From: Octopus sinensis
Lineage: Eukaryota
Assembly: GCF_006345805.1 (NCBI RefSeq)
Contig: NC_043003.1
Location: forward strand, 11,966,001-12,030,000
DNA: 64,000 bases
Direction: 5' to 3'
Part shown: positions 1-12,429 of the stretch, one piece after another
How the letters are laid out: each line of letters starts with the position of its first letter
Numbering within the stretch: the first letter of the stretch is position 1
Translations under genes and position numbers: made by a program
Notes under the pieces: generated by a model
What the model was told of the DNA's origin: nothing
Databases searched by the model: none
Seen by the model: only the letters and a program-made list of their open reading frames with translations

Positions 1-240
1 TGATGGACTTGTTTTCTAAAGAAAAAGTTACAAGATATCTCCCCCAGATCCTTTATGTGAAGTTGAGCTTCCCAAAAGCTTTAATTCACTAAAAACATTT
101 TTTCTTGAATATGAACTGCTGAAATTAGGGTGCATCTTATATGCTAATATGTCCATGTGTCTTTTATGCCATCAAATAATTATTAAATATAATCTATTAG
201 ATTATATTTAATAATTATTTCTACTCTAGGAACAAGGCCT

Positions 241-474
241 CTGAGATCCACTTTGCCCCTGAGATCCACTTTGCCCCTGAGATCTTCTTTGCCCCTGAGA
301 TCCACTTTGCCTCTGAGATCCCCTTTGCCCCTGAGATCCACTTTGCCCCTGAGATCCACTTTGCCTCTGAGATCCCCTTTGCCCCTGAGATCCACTTTGC
401 CTCTGCGATCCACTTTGCCTCTGCAATCCCCTTTGCCTCTGAGATCCACTTTGTCTCTGAGATCCACTTTGCCT
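241..474. repeat. 18-bp minisatellite, 13 units (consensus CTGAGATCCACTTTGCCY)
   Basis: Units counted directly from 241 to 474. The minus strand reads (GKVDLR)n. Confidence 0.95.
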
Positions 475-501
475 TTCATCTATTTATCTTCATCACTATC
501 G

Positions 502-740
502 TCATCATCAGTGAAGGCACATGACTCAGTGGTTTGGGAATTTAGCTTGCAATCGTATAGTCATGAGTTCAATTCCCAGTGATGTTTGTATCTACGACCA
601 AGTCACTTTATTTCACATTGCCCCAGTCTACTCAGCTGGCAAAAATGAGTAGTACCTGTAATTCAAAAGGGCCAACCTTATCACGTTCAGTGTCACGCTG
701 AATCTCCCTGAAAATTATGTTAAGGGTACATATGTCTGTT
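502..740 (+). mobile_element. Diverged tRNA-headed CORE-type SINE
   Basis: A-box-like TGACTCAGTGG, B-box-like GAGTTCAATTCC and a CORE-like segment. The tail gtcacgctgaatctccctga is shared with copies at ~19990, ~23350, ~30860 and ~57600. Confidence 0.7.
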
Positions 741-972
741 AAGGCGGCGAGCTGGCAGAAACGTTAGCCCACCGAGTGAAATGCGTAGCGGTATTTCGTC
801 TATCATTACGTTGTGAGTTCACATTCTGCCGAGGTCAACTTTGCCTTTCATCCTTTCGGGGTCGATTAAATAAGTACCAGTTACGCACTGGGGTCGATAT
901 AATTGACTTAATCCGTTTGTCTGTCCTTGTTTGTCCTCTCTGTGTTTAGCCCCTTGTGGGTAGTAAAGAAAT
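741..972 (+). mobile_element. tRNA-headed SINE with Nin/Deu-type central domain
   Basis: GGCGGCGAGCTGGCAGAA head, then GAGGTCRACTTTGCCTTTCATCCTTTCGGGGTCGAT..AAGTACCAG core and AAAGAAATA tail. More than 15 related copies occur in the window. Confidence 0.85.
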
Positions 973-1161
973 AGGTACATATGTCTGTGGAGTGCTCAGC
1001 CACTTGCACATTAATTTTACAACCATGTTATTCTTCTGTTGATTGGATCAACCAAAACCCTCATCGTCGTAACCAGAACCATCATCGTCCAAACTTACCC
1101 TTTTTTATGTCACATGTTTTACCTGTTCCTGCTCAATGTTGTTTATTTTCCAATATTACAG

Positions 1162-1266
1162 ATATGGAAACACAAGATCTCCAAGAAGCCGATTCTAAAG
1201 AAAATAACAACTTTGAAACAAATTCAGAACCACAAAATGGCATGCATACAACAAAGCGAGACTCAG
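1162..1266 (+). CDS. ETV6: TEL/Yan-subfamily ETS factor, internal coding exon before the ETS domain (phase 1 to phase 1)
   Basis: Acceptor ttacag ends at 1161 and donor GTATGT starts at 1267. The 105-nt exon reads (D)METQDLQEADSKENNNFETNSEPQNGMHTTKRDS and joins in frame (G|AT = D) to the ETS exon. Upstream exons, including any PNT domain, are not seen in the window. Confidence 0.7.
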
Positions 1267-1720
1267 GTATGTAGTCTTAGACTAATTTGTTTAGGAACAT
1301 CTTAATATTTAACCCTTTAGTGTTTAATCCAGTCATATCCTGCCCAAATATTCTACCTGTTTTATGTTAAAACTGACCACATCCAACCTCTCACACCTAC
1401 CCTACAATGTCATTCTAAAAATATACAAAAACACCATAATGCATGATTGGTTTTAAAACCATATGAACAAATAAGCAAAATTTTTGACAAAGAAATCTGA
1501 ATGCTAAAAGGTTAAGAAAAATGTATGTATACCTACTTTTTCTCTTTCCATCATGTGTGTGGTGATGGTGGTGGGGTTTAGAATTCCAAACGAGAAAAAG
1601 AGGTACTTAATACATGTTGTGCAAATTATTTGCTTATATAAAATCAAACTTTGATGATTCAACTCAAATATCCTGAATTAATCCATGAAAATCTGAGTAG
1701 CTGGGGAATGAACTTTATCA

Positions 1721-1987
1721 GGTGACGAGCTGGCAGAAATGCTAGTTAAGGCGATGAGCTGGCAGAAACGTTAGCACACCGGGCGAAATGCTTAGCGGTA
1801 TTTCGTCTGCCGTTACATTCTGAGTTCAAATTCAAATTCCTCCGAGGTCGACTTTGCCTTTCATCCTTTCGGGGTTGATAAATTAAGTACCAGTTACGCA
1901 CTGGGGTCGATATAATCATCTTAATCCCTTTGTCTGTCCTTGTTTGTCCCCTTTACGTTTAGCCCCTTGTGGGCAATAAAGAAATAA
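1721..1987 (+). mobile_element. Nin/Deu-type SINE with duplicated head (intronic)
   Basis: Same family as 741-972. The head segment gagctggcagaaa occurs twice. Confidence 0.85.
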
Positions 1988-2262
1988 GGGAATGAACTTT
2001 ATATAAATATATTTACACACATATGCACACACACACACACACACATGTAGATATATTTATAGACAACAGGCTTCCACACAGCTTCCATGTATCAAATTCC
2101 TTCAAAAGGCTTTTGAAAGACACTTGCCCAAGGTGCTGCACAGTGGGATTGAACTTGAATCCACATTGTTGTGAAGTGAGCTTCTTAAACCACACAGCCA
2201 TGCCTGCACCTATGTTGTTTATAAGAGTGTTTCAAAAATATTTCCTTCTAATTTTTTTGCAG

Positions 2263-2506
2263 ATTGTCGCTTGCTATGGGAATTCATCTACCATTTGTTA
2301 TTGAACAAAAAAAACAGCAGCTTCATTTGCTGGGAAGATGAACAACAGTATATATTTCGAATTGTTAACCCCCATGGCCTTGCTGAATTGTGGGGGGCAC
2401 AGAAGAGCCGTTCAACCATGACCTACGAAAAGCTTTCACGTGCCCTACGCTATTATTACAAAATGGATATCATCAGGAAAGTACCTGGAAAACGGCTGAC
2501 ATATCA
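2263..2506 (+). CDS. ETV6: ETS DNA-binding domain exon of an ETV6/7 (TEL/Yan)-like factor
   Basis: Acceptor ttttttgcag ends at 2262 and donor GTAAGT starts at 2507. It encodes [82 protein letters not shown]. The three ETS tryptophans, the SRALRYYY recognition helix and the DCRLLW start recalled from ETV6 are all present. Confidence 0.93.
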
Positions 2507-3082
2507 GTAAGTTTCAATCATTTTATTTATATTGCCTTTTTTTAGGTTGCCATGTATCTCTGCTTTAGCTAGACATCTCTGCTTCTCCATCTAGCCTCTT
2601 GATACCTGGCATAGAGCCATCGTCCTCCTCTCGAATACTTGCCCCCACTTTGTTAAGGGGAGTGGGCTTTTATTTAAGTCTTTTTCTGCTCTTCTCTTGT
2701 CTAGCAAGTTGCATAGTGACCTCACTTGTACTAGTTTCATGAGACAAGCATCCAACTGTAGAAACATTACCAAAGCTGGCTCTGTCAAACTGCTCACCCC
2801 ATGCCACTATGGAAAATGGTCATTAAATGACAATACTGTGGCTGATGATGATGATATTTAAGAGAGTAAGGATGATGTATTTAGAAAAAATGGTGAAGCA
2901 TCAAAATGAATGCCTCACAAGTATTTTAGTATGGTAAATTCAACCCATCTTTTTAGCAGTTTCAGGAGTTCTTCATGAATATTGGCCTTCATCAACTGAT
3001 TAAGTTATTAACCCTCAAAAACAGGAAAACCTTGAAGGATGTTGTATATATGTATATGTATATATATATATATTATATATAT

Positions 3083-3115
<33 letters not shown>

Positions 3116-3182
3116 GTAGGTCCCGGGTTGAGTCGGGGTTAACCACAGTAAATAAGTACTCAATACATAGCAGAGTAAATTA

Positions 3183-3305
3183 ATTTATTTTATAGAAGGA
3201 GCTTCTACAGGACTAGAACTGTTTCATTCAAATGAAATCATCAGGAAGCCTGATGATTTCATTTGAATGAAACAGTTCTAGTCCTGTAGAAGCTCCTTCT
3301 ATAAA

Positions 3306-3311
<6 letters not shown>
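3183..3311. repeat. Perfect inverted repeat with 63-bp arms and a 3-nt loop, flanked by (TA)n, in the ETV6-like intron
   Basis: 3183-3245 is the exact reverse complement of 3249-3311. The loop is AAG. Confidence 0.95.
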
Positions 3312-3352
<41 letters not shown>

Positions 3353-3509
3353 AGAAAAAAACTGTTAATTTTTTTTTTTTTACAGTTTTTTTCTCTTATG
3401 GGGTTTTTCACGCTAACTACTCGATAATTTCTTGTTAAGATTTCTTATTAAGATTTTATCCTATTTTTTAAATATATATATATATTATATATATATTTAT
3501 ATGTGTGTG

Positions 3510-3720
3510 TGTGTGTGTGTTTGTCCCCACCAACATCGCTTGACAACTGATGCTGGTGTGTTTACATCCCTGTAACTTAGCAGTTCGGCAAAAGAGACCG
3601 ATGGAATAAGTACTAGGCTTACAAAGAATAAGTCCTGGGGTCGTTTTGCTCGACTAAAGGTGGTGCTCCAGCATGGCCGCAGTCAAATGACTGAAACGAG
3701 TAAAAGAGAGAGAATAAGAG
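3510..3720 (+). mobile_element. 3' half of the microsatellite-bearing SINE
   Basis: Contains catcgcttgacaac..gctggtgtgtttac..gctccagcatggccgcagtcaaatgactgaaac and an AAGAG-type tail. Many full copies occur elsewhere in the window. Confidence 0.85.
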
Positions 3721-3795
3721 AGCCTTTAACATTTTAAAAAAATAGAAATTCATAATCTAAATATATTTATCTGTATTTTTTTTCTTTCTTTCCAG

Positions 3796-4645
3796 ATTTA
3801 TGCACCCACCGAAAGACATAAAGAAGGGTCAGCGTGGTGCCCGACCACAGTATAAGACAGATTCATACAATTCCATGACAAATTCTTCGTATGTGAAACA
3901 CCTGTCATTGTCACAAGCCAATGTAAACAACGTCTACCAGTTGAACCAACCATCTCATTTGATGGATAATATGGTACCGGAGATTCGAGAACCTTCTGTA
4001 GACAATGGTGTTAATTGTCACACGAGCAAAACAGTCTCAAATAACATTGTTTTGCTGCCATCTTCTCAAGATTTAAATGGCACAAATTTTTTCACGAACT
4101 GCTCCATGGTTGTTAATGGTAATGGAGAAGATAATTTACTGATGAAAAAAATATCTCAGATTTCCGTGGAAAACTCAACAAAACCGTCAAATCTTAACGA
4201 ATCAAGGCCAAAATTTATCCTTCCAAATCCAGACTTTATAAAGAGGTCTTCCTCTCCTTCCGTAATCCCAGCCGTTCCGAGCACACCATCCCCATCACTG
4301 CCATCGCTAATGACTAACACAAGCACCAGCCCCATCACCACTACTACTCCCATCACACCCACCACCTTAACGATACCCGTTACATCAGCTACAACAACAG
4401 AAACCAATAACAAACACACAGATGGCGCTATGGTGCCATCTAACTTCATCCATCCGGCAGACATAAAAACAGAAAGTTATTATGAACAGTACAGTAGTAA
4501 AATTAGTCCACAGATGAACGAATGCCACAAAGTAACTTCACCGAACTGGTCGTTAGGTATCAAAATCAAAGAACAGGATGAACCACAAGATTTATCAATG
4601 AGAACTTTACAAAAACACAATATGGTTACCTCGGAATCGGCCTAA
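3796..4645 (+). CDS. ETV6: Terminal coding exon of the ETV6-like gene: ends the ETS domain (Q|FMHPP), followed by a ~280-aa S/T/P/N-rich tail
   Basis: Polypyrimidine acceptor tttctttctttccag ends at 3795. The phase-2 join CA|A TTT ATG is in frame with ORF 3800-4645, and the stop TAA is at 4643-4645. Confidence 0.9.
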
Positions 4646-4657
4646 AATTGAACATCA

Positions 4658-4695
<38 letters not shown>

Positions 4696-5249
4696 TGTTA
4701 TTTCTTTTTGTATTGTGTTATTTTTTTCACCTGTTTTGAATCCAACTTTGGATCCGTTTCCGTTATCCACAGACTAAATAACCAAGAAGGACAGTGAAAG
4801 AGAAATCCCTCCCAACAAGTGAGGGTCTTAATCAGAGAGAAAGGGCAGGCCAATAAATGTGGATCATTTTACTGAACTAATATTTTGTTTAGAATCACTT
4901 CTGAGTCTAAACTGAGTGAGCAAATTCGGGCAGGGTGGGGTGGAGTGAAGGGTGGGGTGGAGTGAAGGGTGGGGAGGAACAAAGCATTTTTAATAACCAA
5001 ACAGTAAACCCTCCTTCAGTTTCGGAACTTAACAAAATTTTTTTCATCTCTTGTTTTAAAACTTTTATTATTTTTTTTTTACCATTTCTTTCATTCTCTC
5101 TTTACCTCTCTCTCTCACTTTTTTTTTTTTAACATTCTCTTTGACAACGCTACAAGGTCATCTTCTGTTTGGTTTAATCATCACAGGAAACTGTTAAAAG
5201 CATTTCCATATATACCGTTTGTATTCTGTTCATGTTTTTTGTTGTTTTA

Positions 5250-5438
5250 TATATAAATATATATATATATATTATATTCTCTATATATATACATATATAT
5301 ATATATATGTACATGCTCTATCTAACATATCATAATTATATATATATGTATATATATATATATACATACACACACATGCATACATATATATATATACATA
5401 TATTATGTATATATATGTATATATATATATATATGTAT

Positions 5439-5481
<43 letters not shown>

Positions 5482-5779
5482 GTTATATATAATATATATG
5501 TATATATTATATGTATATATATATATGTATATGTGTATATATATATATGTGTATATATATATATAGTATATGTGTATATATATATGTGTGTATATTATAT
5601 ATATATATATGTGATATATATATATATGTATATATATATGTGTTATTATGTATATGTATATATAGATATATATGTATATATATGGGTTATATATGTATAT
5701 ATATGTTATATATATGTGTATATATATGTATATATATGTATATATATTGTGTATATATATGTATATGTGTATATATATG

Positions 5780-5812
<33 letters not shown>

Positions 5813-5830
5813 GTATATATAGTATATATG

Positions 5831-5861
<31 letters not shown>

Positions 5862-6365
5862 GTATATGTGTATATATATGTATATATGTATATATATGTA
5901 TATGTGTATATATATGTATATATATATATATGTGTATATATAATGTGTATATATATAAGTATATATATATATATACATATATATATATTTATATGTATAT
6001 GTATATATATGTATATATATATGTATATATATATATGTTTATATATGTATATATGTATATGTATATATATATGTATATATATATATGTTTATATATGTAT
6101 ATATGTATATGTATATATATGTATGTATATATATTATGTTTATATGTTATATGTATATGTATATATATGTATATGTATATATATGTATATATATATAGTT
6201 TATATGTATATATGTATATGTATATATATATGTATATGTATATATATTATATATATATATGTTTATATATGTATATCTATATGTATATATATATATGTAT
6301 ATGTATATCTATATGTATATATATATGTATATGTATATATCTGTATATGTATATGTATATACATA
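5250..6365. repeat. ~1.1-kb compound (TA)n/(TATG)n/(TG) microsatellite
   Basis: Seen directly in the sequence. Confidence 0.97.
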
Positions 6366-7254
6366 AATATATCTAACATTATCTTACCGGGGAACAGAAC
6401 AAGTTTGGACATTCACTGGTAACAAATTTATAAATGAGCTTTCATTAATGTTTAAATATTATAATAAAATACTATTTATTTACAATTTTTTTGTTGACTT
6501 TTCATTGCTTGAAACATTTGTGCTTAGCAGTGCATGAAAAAAACACCCAGTACACTCTGTAAAGTCGTTGGTGTTAGGAACGGCATCTGGCCATAAAAAC
6601 CATGCCAAACCTGACACTTGAGCCTGATGTAGCCCTATGGTTCAATGGATCATGTCAAACCCTTCAACCTATGCCAGCATAGAAAACAGACGTGAAATGA
6701 TGAAGATGATATACGTTTTATGAAATGTAGCATCGTTTGGTTAAAGGTTTCCAAGATACTGATCATTGGTCCACATTCTGATGATGAGACTGACAAGCGA
6801 TTGTCTAAACTGGTGACACAAATATGTCACAGGGGCGTTGTGTTTGGCACACACACACTCACATACACACAAACAAACATTCTTCGACATTATATTTCAT
6901 GGAGAACTTACTTTAACTGTTAAAAAGCAAATTTATTTTAAGGGTTTGAATCCTGACTAAATATTCTGAATTGACTTCATAGTTTACAGATGCAAGATAT
7001 TTAGTTTCTGAAGAGCTTTTCAATTTTGTACAAGCAGAGATTCTTAGCTAAAACAATAAATCTATACAAATATAATTAATCACACAACAGTTATCTAGGG
7101 AGCACAATTGAACCCACTTCTGATTTCAGCTTCCTTGATTTCATATTGGATTCAAGCATTTTCTTATACTATATATATGTATGTGTGTATATATATGTAT
7201 GCATGTGTATACGTGTGTGAGTGTGTATGTGTGTGTATGTGTATATGAACGGGG

Positions 7255-8085
7255 ATATATATATATGTAAATGTAATATGTGACAATTATTCGGTAGCCA
7301 AGATAGAACTCCGAGTTTCAGTTATCCGGCCATCGGAAAAACGCTAGAAGAAATGAGGTACTCAGAAATCCGGATGGTTTTATATTTACAGATATTTATT
7401 AGTATGTTACATGTTTTTATACATCATATATCATATATTAGCGCTTTCGTCCATTCTAGTGGAGTCTTCAAATTGAACTCTAGTGGAGTCTTCAAATTAA
7501 ACATATATGTTTATATATATATATATATAAATGTGTGAGGCGCAATGGTCCAGTGGTTAGGGAAATAATATTTTTCTAGCGTGTACACTTGTAAAGCCGC
7601 TTCATAAACCTGTTTACCAGTTTATGTTTGGAAAAGAGAATAAAAAATTGCTCTTCCGTACAATGAGGATAGAAAAAAATTGCCTTTATCATAGGGAAAA
7701 GATCTAGATAAAATTTTAAGTTTGTTAGAGTCATTAAGGTATCATATTAGTCTACTAAGTCCAGTGGAGTTACGCTTTCGATTGTATTTGAAGGTAGAGA
7801 AATGGTTAGCCAGTCTGAATTTCAAAAACGCAGAGGGTAAACATATATTAAAAAATTCTTTGTTATCCGAGGTAGCCTTGCATTGGTATACGGCATTTTT
7901 AATTGGGCAGTTTCCATTTAGAACACAGGTTTTATTAGGGCCGCAACTGCAAATGCTCGTTACATTGATGTTATCATTTAAAGAGAGATTATCGTTAATA
8001 TTATTGTTAATGTTAATAAGGGTACTAGAATTAATAGGAGAGAAACTGTAACCTCTTTGAATACGGCTGTTATGTGAAGATATAA
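7255..8085 (-). mobile_element. Penelope-like element remnant: GIY-YIG endonuclease region plus 3' terminal repeat
   Basis: ORF 7742-8209(-) contains CSCGPNKTCVLNGNC..NAVYQCKA..FKFRLANHFSTFKY..STGLSRLI. This is the Cys-rich linker plus degenerate GIY-YIG pattern of PLE proteins. The downstream terminus is homologous to 48970-49060. Confidence 0.75.
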
Positions 8086-8099
8086 TTTGTGAGACATTC

Positions 8100-8334
8100 A
8101 AACATACATACAAGTATATACACATAAATATGCGTATACACACACATATGTATATATATACATATACATACACACACACATATATATATAAATATACACA
8201 CACACGCATATATTTTTTCCGTGCTAACTGTTAACAAGGGAAAAATACACACATCTTTATATACACACACATATATATTTATATATCTTTATATGTATGT
8301 ACGTAAATATACATATCTACGAATATGGTATATG

Positions 8335-8370
<36 letters not shown>

Positions 8371-8620
8371 GTATGTATGTATGTATACCACACACACACA
8401 CATATATATATAATATACACCCACACGCATATATTTTTTTCCGTGCTAACTGTTAACAGGGAAAAATACACACATCTTTATATACACACACATATATATT
8501 TATATATCTTTATATGTATGTACGTAAATATACATATCTACGAATATGGTATATGTATATATATAATATATTATATATGTGTGTGTGTGTGTATGTAGGT
8601 TGTATACACACACACACACA
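8100..8620. repeat. ~223-bp tandem duplication embedded in microsatellite
   Basis: The segment attttttccgtgctaactgttaac..tctacgaatatggtatatg occurs at ~8210-8335 and again at ~8433-8558. Confidence 0.9.
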
Positions 8621-8796
8621 CATATAATATATATGTATGTATATATAAAACAAAATAAAATTTTGAATAATGCATATATATATACATACATATATACTAA
8701 TATATTATGTATTTATAAAAGAAAAGAAAATTGAATTATATATATATGTGTGTGTGTCAATAAAGCAAAATTAATTTTGAATAATGTGTATATATA

Positions 8797-8833
<37 letters not shown>

Positions 8834-8875
8834 CATATATATTATGTATTTATAAAAGAAAAGAAAATTTTGAAT

Positions 8876-8906
<31 letters not shown>

Positions 8907-9404
8907 ACATAAAACAAAATTAAATTTTCAATTATGTATATATGTGTGTATGTGTGTGTGTGCGTGTGTATCTATCACTATGTTTGCCTGGAAAATTATG
9001 GGCTGTGTTTATCTCTCACAACTTATTACTTTCTCATATAGAGCTTGATCAGATCTTTCCCAGACATAAAAATAAATACTGTGGTTGATGTCGTTGTCTG
9101 TAGAATCCTCAAGGCGGTGCGCCAGCTCGGCCAAATCAAATGAAAACGTGTATGTGTGTGAGCGTGCGCAGGAGTGATAGTGGGCTTAAGGAATTTGTTT
9201 CCCAACCTCGTGTTTTCGAGTTCAGTTCCATTGCGCATCACCTTCGCCATGTGCCTTCAGCTATGGCCTCAAGTCGACAAAAGTTTTGTGTGTGGATTTA
9301 GCAGAAGGAAACTTAAAGAAGCCCATGGTATATCAAGTCGGAATCAAAAGCTCAAACAGTTTACATACGAAAAGCGTTTTTCCATCAAAGCATGTCACAT
9401 TATG

Positions 9405-9607
9405 TGGAAGCGCGTGGCTTAGTGGTTAGGGTGTCAGCATCATGATCGTAAGATTGTGGTTTCGATTCTTGGATCGGGCGACGTGCTGTGTTCTTGAGCA
9501 ATACACTTCATTCCACGTTGCTCCAGTCCACTCAGCAGGCAAAAATGAGTAACGTGAGTGGATTTGGTAGACGGAAACTGAAAGAAGCCCGTCGTATATA
9601 TATACAC

Positions 9608-9643
<36 letters not shown>

Positions 9644-9840
9644 TTGTCCACCCAACATCGCTTGACAACCGATGCTGGTGTGTTTACGTGCCCGTCACTT
9701 AGCGTTTCGGCAAGAGAGTCCGATAGAATAAGTACTAGGCTTACAAAGAATAAGTCCTGGGGTCGATTTGCGCGACTAAAGGCGGTGCTCCAGCATGGCC
9801 GCAGTCAAATGGCTGAAACAAATAAAAGAATAAAAGACAA
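9405..9840 (+). mobile_element. Composite SINE: tRNA head plus CORE segment joined to the microsatellite-bearing SINE body
   Basis: A-box TGGCTTAGTGGTTAG, B-box GGTTTCGATTC and CORE-like tgtgttcttgagcaatacactt. These are followed by ggatttggtagacggaaactg, a TA/TG tract and the standard 3' half. Confidence 0.8.
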
Positions 9841-9967
9841 ACTCAATCTGCAGCACCCCCCCCCCCCTCGAAATTTCACCAAACACACGACATGACCTCC
9901 TGTTCGAACCATCATTAAGTTCAGCAAGGTACAACATCCAATAGTCTGACCAATCACACGATCACGT

Positions 9968-11015
<1,048 letters not shown>

Positions 11016-11027
11016 TAACAGCAAACA

Positions 11028-11412
11028 TTTCTTAAGTAACAAGAAGATGGATTTGGTATTAATCTTTATTTTATACACCGGTCGTTTCGACCCATCCTGC
11101 TGTTGTCCCTTATGGGTGGGACTCCTTTCAACTTGTGGCGTTGCATAAAGTTTGCAGTATGAGTCTCATCAGGTACATCTATACATAGAGGTTTGTGTCT
11201 CACCAATGATCCTGTGTTTTTTTACTGTCATGTTGTTATATGCCCGTCGGTCAATATGTAAATGTACCAGATGAAACCCAGACTGCAAAATTGAGGCGAC
11301 ACAATATGTTGAAAGGAGTACCACCCATAAGGGACAGTAGCAAGTGGGGTCGAAATGACAGTTGTACAAAATAAAGATTAATTCCAAATCCATCTTCTGG
11401 TTACTTAAGAAA
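11028..11412. repeat. Imperfect inverted repeat (~150-bp arms), each arm carrying a hammerhead-like motif
   Basis: tttcttaagtaac..tcatcaggtaca (11028-11177) mirrors tgtaccagatga..gttacttaagaaa (11263-11412). Confidence 0.85.
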
Positions 11413-11577
11413 TTATTATTATTATTATTATTATTATCTCAACTAATACTGCGGAATTCCTGAAGTAGATCCAACGGAAACATACCTCGACTGTGGAAGA
11501 CACCAGGTAGCCCAAACTGTGCCAGTGCTCTACTCAACACTTCAACTCACCAATCGACACACCCATTAGTTCAAAAC

Positions 11578-11612
<35 letters not shown>

Positions 11613-11873
11613 TTGAAAAAGTCTCAATGACTGAAACCGGTACTGAAATGTTTTTTTATAAAATTATTTTAGCATTTTCTATCTTGAAGGTTATAATGGA
11701 CACAGTTTGTGTGTCAAATAGCTAGCTTAAGGTGATGGCCTCATGGAGCTAATCAGCGACAGCTTTAATCTTATATCTATAAGACTGCTATATTAATATG
11801 GCGATAACAATTAATTTCCAGTAACGCTGTCGTAATCTCTTTTAGAGAGACTTAGTAATTCTAATATTTCTAT

Positions 11874-11908
<35 letters not shown>

Positions 11909-12429
11909 TGTGTGTGTGTGTGTGTGTGTATTTATACGTATACACACACACGCATATATATGCTTACATACATAAATACATACATATATACACACATACA
12001 CATGTATACACACGCACACACTTAAGGAGATATCGCTTTAGGATTTCTTCAAACAGCATATACCCTGAAACTTAGCGGTTCGGCAAAAGAGACCGATAGA
12101 ATAAGTACTAGGCGTCCAAAGAATAATTCCTGGGGTCGATTTGCTCGACTAAAGGCGGTGCTCCAGCATGGCCGCAGAAATTCCTCTTCCAGAAGACTTG
12201 GTTGAATTATGGAGATAATACCCAGAATGGATATACCAACACATTGAACGGATCATATTATTTCCGTTCGAAATCCCCTTGGATTTGGTTTTGGCTTAGC
12301 ATTCGTCTGGGATGAAATTACTGAAGTAAGATCCATTTGCAGACAAGGGTGTGTTGTTAAGAAGCGCGCTTTGCAACAATCTTGTGGTTTCAGGTACGGT
12401 CCCACGACATCAGTAAATGTTTTATATTG

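Noticed and set aside
241-474. CRISPR-like array
   Set aside because: The units are contiguous with no unique spacers, there are no cas genes, and the context is eukaryotic.
183-582. ORFs with (GKVDLR)n, (QSGS)n and (PLRSTL)n repeats
   Set aside because: They are by-products of an 18-bp SINE-derived minisatellite and have no convincing splice context.
4156-4464. Antisense ORF of 102 aa
   Set aside because: It is a shadow of the T/P/S-rich ETS tail exon on the opposite strand.
5232-6422. Long ORFs such as MYIYIY.. and MYVCMY.. here, at 9966-11148 and at many other microsatellites
   Set aside because: They are translations of (TA)n/(TATG)n/(CA)n tracts, which lack stop codons in some frames. 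There is no coding signal.
6775-6830. Hammerhead-like CTGATGA-TGAGAC..GTCT-AAAC-TG-GTG
   Set aside because: G12 is missing, the triplet is GUG and there is no stem I. It is too degenerate to call.
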